A DNA stretch of 64,000 bases from Heteronotia binoei. Taxonomy: Eukaryota. A program made the translations under genes and the position numbers. The notes under the pieces are model-generated. The model was not told the origin of the DNA and searched no databases. It saw nothing but the letters and a program-made list of their open reading frames with translations. This document shows positions 59,243 to 64,000 of this stretch, piece after piece; positions within the stretch are counted from its first letter, which is position 1, and every line of letters begins with the position of its first letter. The stretch is taken from the NCBI RefSeq assembly GCF_032191835.1, contig NC_083240.1:124001-188000 (forward strand), in the 5' to 3' direction.

Positions 59243-62200
59243 ATGGGCCGCGCCGGCCGCCTCCTCCTCCTCCTCCTCGTGGCCGGGCTGCTGGGCGGCT
59301 GCCGGGGCCGGGAAGGTGAGCGGCCGAGGGGGCGGGGGGGGGGGGGAGGCCGGCAGGGCCGCCGGGCCCGGAGGGAGACGGGGGGGGGGCGGGGGCCGCC
59401 GAGAACCGCCAGCCCGCCCCTGGAGCCGCCGCTGAGTCAGCCCGCGAAGAAGGAGCGCCCAGCCCCGCCCGCCCGCCCGCCGACGGCGCGCCCTGCGCTG
59501 CCTCCCCCCCTCCCTTCTGGGGCAGCCCCGGGCGCCCCCTGCCCCCGCCGCCCCCCGCCCTCCTCCTCCGGCCCGTGGGAGGGAGGGAGCCTGGGCGCCT
59601 CTGCGGCCTGCGGGCGTCCTCGGGGAGTGGGGGGGGGTCTGCCGCCTTGGGGGTCGGGGCCCCTGTGCGGGGGGGGGGGGGTCTGCCGCCCGCCTTTCCT
59701 GGGGACTCCGCAGCCCCCCCCCCGGCAGACGGGAAGGTCTTGGTGGGCAGAAGAGGCGGGGGCGGGGGGGCTCCCTCTCGTGTGGGGCGAATTCTGGAAA
59801 CATCGCCCCGCCGGCCCGCGCAGGCGGCTCTCGGTGCTGTCGGGGCCAGGTGGCCGCTCCCCCAAGAGTCTCGCGCTCGAGCGGTGCAGAGAGGCCTGCT
59901 GTCTTCTTCCCCTGCACCGGGGAAGGGGGGGGGGTCACTTTTGGAAAGAGCAGAGGGCGGAGAGTGACGCCTGTGGGCGAGGTGCCAAGAGAGCTTTTCC
60001 TCCCTCTCCGGAACTCCTAGAACTTGCGGGGCTCAAGGAAGCTGCCGGGCAGGAGATTCAGGACAGACTCCTGGGCCCAGAGAGGGGCTGGAAGGGGGAA
60101 TGGGCTGCCGGGGTCCTGGAGGAGAGGTCTGGCAATGGCTACCTGCCCTGGCCGCTGAGGGGAACCTCCACAGTCAGAGGCTCTCTGCCCTGTTGCTGGC
60201 CCTCCAGAGCAGCTGGTTGGCCACTGCGTGAGACAGGAGGCCGGACTGGATGGACCTTCCCTGGTCTGATCCAGCAGGGCTCTTCCGATGTTCTTCTCAG
60301 GGGAAGGCCTTGGCCTCTCTGCCCTGATGTTGGCCACTGTGTGAGACAGGATTCTGGACTGGATGGACACTTGCTGGTCTGACCCAGTGGGGCTCTTCTG
60401 ATGCTTTGGCCTCTCTGTCCTGTTGTTGGCCCTCCAGAGGAACTAGCTGGCCACAGTGTGAGACAGGAGGCTGGACTATAAGGGTGATTAACATGTGGAA
60501 TTCACTGCCACAGGAGGTGGTGGCGGCCACAAGTATAGCCACCTTCAAGAGGGGTTTAGATAAAAATATGGAGCACAGGCCCATCAGTGGCTATTAGCCA
60601 CAGTGTATGTGTGTATATAAAATTTTTTGCCACTGTGTGACATAGAGTGTTGGACTTGATGGGCCGTTGGCCTGATCCAACATGGCTTCTCTTATGTTCT
60701 TATGACTAAGTGACCCTCCCTGGTCTGATCCAGCAGGACTCTTCTGATGTTCTTCTCAGGGGAAGGCCTCAGCCTCTCTGCCCTGTTGTGGGCCCTCCAG
60801 AGGAACTGGCTAGTCCCTGTGTGAGACAGGAAGCTGGACTGGATGGACCCTCCCTGGTCTGACCCAGCAGGGCTGTTCTGAAGTTCTTCTCAGGGGAAGG
60901 CCTCAGCCTCTCTGCCCTGTTGTGGGCCCTCCAGAGGAACTGGCTAGTCCCTGTGTGAGACAGGATGCTGGACTAGATGGACCCTCACTGGTCTGATCCT
61001 GGAAGAATCTTCTGATGTTCTTCTCAGGGGAAGACCTCTGCCTCTGCCCAATTGTGGGCCTTCCAGAGGAACTAGTTGGCTGCTGTGTGAGACAGGAGGC
61101 TGGACTAGATGGAGCCTCCCTGGTCTGACCCAGCAGGGCTCTTCCAATGTTCTTCTCAGGAATGCCTCTGCCTCTCTGCCCTGTTGCTGGCCCTCCAGAG
61201 GAACTGGCTGGTCACTGTGTGGGACAGGAGGCTGGACTATAGAGGAACCCTCCCTGGTCTGACCCAGCAGGGCTCTCTATATGTTCACCACAGGGCCCTC
61301 CCCAAGCAAAGCCAGGCATTGCTTTTTCTGCACAAAGAAAAAAGCAAGCACAAAATCTCTCCCCCCCCCCCCACCGCAAAGTTCCCCAACCCGAGCTCCT
61401 TTTGTGGGCAGGGGAGGAGTCAGCCCTTGGCTGGCAGGCGAAGGGCTTGGCTCCAGCAGGAGGCGGCCTGGCTGGGGATTCTGGCCAGGACTTCTGCTCA
61501 GCCTGAAGGCTGTGGGCTGCTGTCCCATGGGGGGGGGGGGGGTTGCTGGCGGCTGGGAGCTCAGTGGTGCCTCGGGATGGGGGGGGGCAGCTGGGAGCCC
61601 CTAGGCCTTATCCAACACCCCAGCTGAGGTGGCGCCCTCAGAACAGAGATGCTGGTGGGAGGAGTGGAGGGGGGCTGCACTAGGGCAGAGGCAAGGGGGC
61701 TGCCGATTGCTTCTCTGCCAGGTTGGCCCCATTCCTCCCGTTTCCTCGCACTGCTCCCAAACAGAGGCTGGCCTGGGGGGAGCCCCTCCCTGAAAGTGCC
61801 AGGAGCTGCGGCTGAAATAGGCAAGCAGCCCGGCTGCCCCCCTCCCCGGAGATGCTCCTGCAGCCAGAAGCCCTCCTTCATCCATCTTCTGGAAGAGATT
61901 TGCAGGGCAGGGGATAGAAGTCTGGGAGGGCAGGGGGGGGGCGGCAGAGAAGCCCACAGAGGGGCCGGGCCAGGGCAACACAGGGGACTTCCCAGCCCCA
62001 CCTCCAGCAATCTTCATGAAAAGGCCTTTGGAGTTCATGGCGCCTCCCTCCTTCTCTTCCCTCCCTCCCTCCCTCCTTCCCTCCCTCCCTCCATTTCGTC
62101 CTCCTTNNNNNNNNNNNNNNNNNNNNNNNNNNNNNNNNNNNNNNNNNNNNNNNNNNNNNNNNNNNNNNNNNNNNNNNNNNNNNNNNNNNNNNNNNNNNNN

Positions 62201-64000
62201 NNNNNNNNNNNNNNNNNNNNNNNNNNNNNNNNNNNNNNNNNNNNNNNNNNNNNNNNNNNNNNNNNNNNNNNNNNNNNNNNNNNNNNNNNNNNNNNNNNNN
62301 NNNNNNNNNNNNNNNNNNNNNNNNNNNNNNNNNNNNNNNNNNNNNNNNNNNNNNNNNNNNNNNNNNNNNNNNNNNNNNNNCCTTTCTTNNNNNNNNNNNN
62401 NNNNNNNNNNNNNNNNNNNNNNNNNNNNNNNNNNNNNNNNNNNNNNNNNNNNNNNNNNNNNNNNNNNNNNNNNNNNNNNNNNNNNNNNNNNNNNNNNNNN
62501 NNNNNNNNNNNNNNNNNNNNNNNNNNNNNNNNNNNNNNNNNNNNNNNNNNNNNNNNNNNNNNNNNNNNNNNNNNNNNNNNNNNNNNNNNNNNNNNNNNNN
62601 NNNNNNNNNNNNNNNNNNNNNNNNNNNNNNNNNNNNNNNNNNNNNNNNNNNNNNNNNNNNNNNNNNNNNNNNNNNNNNNNNNNNNNNNNNNNNNNNNNNN
62701 NNNNNNNNNNNNNNNNNNNNNNNNNNNNNNNNNNNNNNNNNNNNNNNNNNNNNNNNNNNNNNNNNNNNNNNNNNNNNNNNNNNNNNNNNNNNNNNNNNNN
62801 NNNNNNNNNNNNNNNNNNNNNNNNNNNNNNNNNNNNNNNNNNNNNNNNNNNNNNNNNNNNNNNNNNNNNNNNNNNNNNNNNNNNNNNNNNNNNNNNNNNN
62901 NNNNNNNNNNNNNNNNNNNNNNNNNNNNNNNNNNNNNNNNNNNNNNNNNNNNNNNNNNNNNNNNNNNNNNNNNNNNNNNNNNNNNNNNNNNNNNNNNNNN
63001 NNNNNNNNNNNNNNNNNNNNNNNNNNNNNNNNNNNNNNNNNNNNNNNNNNNNNNNNNNNNNNNNNNNNNNNNNNNNNNNNNNNNNNNNNNNNNNNNNNNN
63101 NNNNNNNNNNNNNNNNNNNNNCCTCTCCTCCCCTCCCTCCCTTCCTCTCTTCCTTTTTCTCCTCCCTTCCCTTCCTTCCTTTCTCCCTTCCCTCCCTTCC
63201 CTTCCTCCCTCCCTCCCTCCCCCAGGCCTGCCACTGTGGCTTCTGCCCACCCCTTCATTCCTCAAGAGGTGTCTTGGGGCTTCCATGGAGGTGTCTGGCC
63301 AAGGGAGCTGCTGGTGGGGGGGAGCAGCCCGGCCTCTCCCAGGGCTCCAATGGGTCCCATTCCCCTCTTTGGCGTGCCGGAGCCCTTTGCCCTCCCCCCG
63401 CCACCCTCGCCCTGTTCCCAAACAAACAAACCACCCCTGATTCAGCACTTGGGCATTTCCTTGGATACCGACTGACGGGTGGTGACAAACAGAAGCCTGC
63501 CGGGCCTGGCTCTGTGGTGATAAGAGGGGTGAGCTCAGTGGCTCCCAAGCGTCTGCTGGCAGAGATGCACTTCCTGTGGGAGCCCAGATGGAGGCCGTCT
63601 TAGCCTGGGGGATAAAGAGCCGGTGCAGAGAGTCCTTGCCCCAGAGGGAGGGAGGATCCAGAGGGGGCAGCGAGGGGGCTGGGTGGTTATCTAGGGCTCT
63701 GTCTCCCCACCCCGCCCAGGAGGCCAGGGATCTGGCTGGGGGGGGGGGACTGCCAGGAGGAAGGGAGGGGAGGAGGGATCCTGCAAAGCCCCCCCAGATG
63801 GGGATCTCTTGGGCCCAGGACCCTCCAGCCAGCCAACCAGCCACTCTGCACGGGGTCTGGGAAGAGCTGCTCTACCCTCTAGACTGTCAACCCCCCCCCG
63901 CCCCGCTCAAGTCATGGCTGGCAGGCAGCGGCCTGTCTCCTGGGAGGGGGGCTGACCTTCTGTGCTTCCCCTTTGCAGTTGCCCTGCTGGACTTTGCCAA
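59243..64000 (+). CDS. EPHA2: Ephrin type-A receptor 2, exon 1 (59243-59315, signal peptide) and start of exon 2 (63979-64000); continues beyond the window
   Basis: MGRAGRLLLLLLVAGLLGGCRGRE is a signal peptide ending at a phase-1 G|GTGAGC donor. The acceptor cctttgcag at 63970-63978 then gives (V)ALLDFA, matching recalled EphA2 GKE-VVLLDFA. Synteny agrees. Confidence 0.85.
60181..61285. repeat. About 134-bp tandem array derived from a CR1-like 3' end, in EPHA2 intron 1
   Basis: cctctctgccctgttg...ccctccagaggaact...gtgtgagacagga.gctggactagatggaccctccctggtctga.ccagcagggctcttctgatgttcttctcagg units at ~60181, 60314, 60410, 60773, 60907, 61041 and 61171. Confidence 0.85.
60477..60705 (+). mobile_element. 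CR1 LINE 3' end inserted within the 134-bp array
   Basis: RVINMWNSLPQEVVAATSIATFKRGLDK; ends ttatgttcttatg. Confidence 0.8.
62045..63220. repeat. (CCTT/CCCT)n pyrimidine tract largely replaced by N gaps (62107-63121)
   Basis: Both gap flanks and the 8-nt island at 62381-62388 are the same pyrimidine-rich sequence. Confidence 0.8.

Noticed and set aside
63421-63615. Cluster of FOX-, KLF-, AP-1-, ETS- and GATA-like words in EPHA2 intron 1
   Set aside because: Short motifs expected by chance; no conservation or chromatin evidence available.
61601-63844. 400-750-aa ORFs spanning the N gaps
   Set aside because: Artefacts of translating through N runs.

Overview
Eukaryotic genomic DNA from a squamate reptile. 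The SINE, CR1 and L2 families point to a lizard, probably a gecko (inference). The window is GC-rich with short introns and is syntenic with the human SZRD1-FBXO42-CPLANE2-ANO7L1-ARHGEF19-EPHA2 block. I read these genes exon by exon: SZRD1 first coding exon (-), complete FBXO42 (+, 705 aa), complete CPLANE2/RSG1 (+, 246 aa), an apparently intact anoctamin-7-like gene (+, 22 well-supported coding exons plus a probable last exon, about 900 aa) at the position of the human ANO7L1 pseudogene, and the first exons of EPHA2 (+). Main oddities: (1) a U12-type intron with AT-AG ends in CPLANE2; (2) a SINE whose tRNA-derived Pol III head is amplified into a 22-unit array next to the FBXO42 promoter, with the same 93-bp multimer in an independent copy; (3) a young 5'-truncated L2 LINE with an uninterrupted RT ORF and a SINE-like 3' tail; (4) no visible ARHGEF19 between the anoctamin and EPHA2; (5) a 2.9-kb modular G-rich VNTR filling CPLANE2 intron 1. 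Most long ORFs in the supplied track are artefacts of GC-rich or repetitive DNA. All assignments are by eye and from recalled protein sequences; no searches were run.
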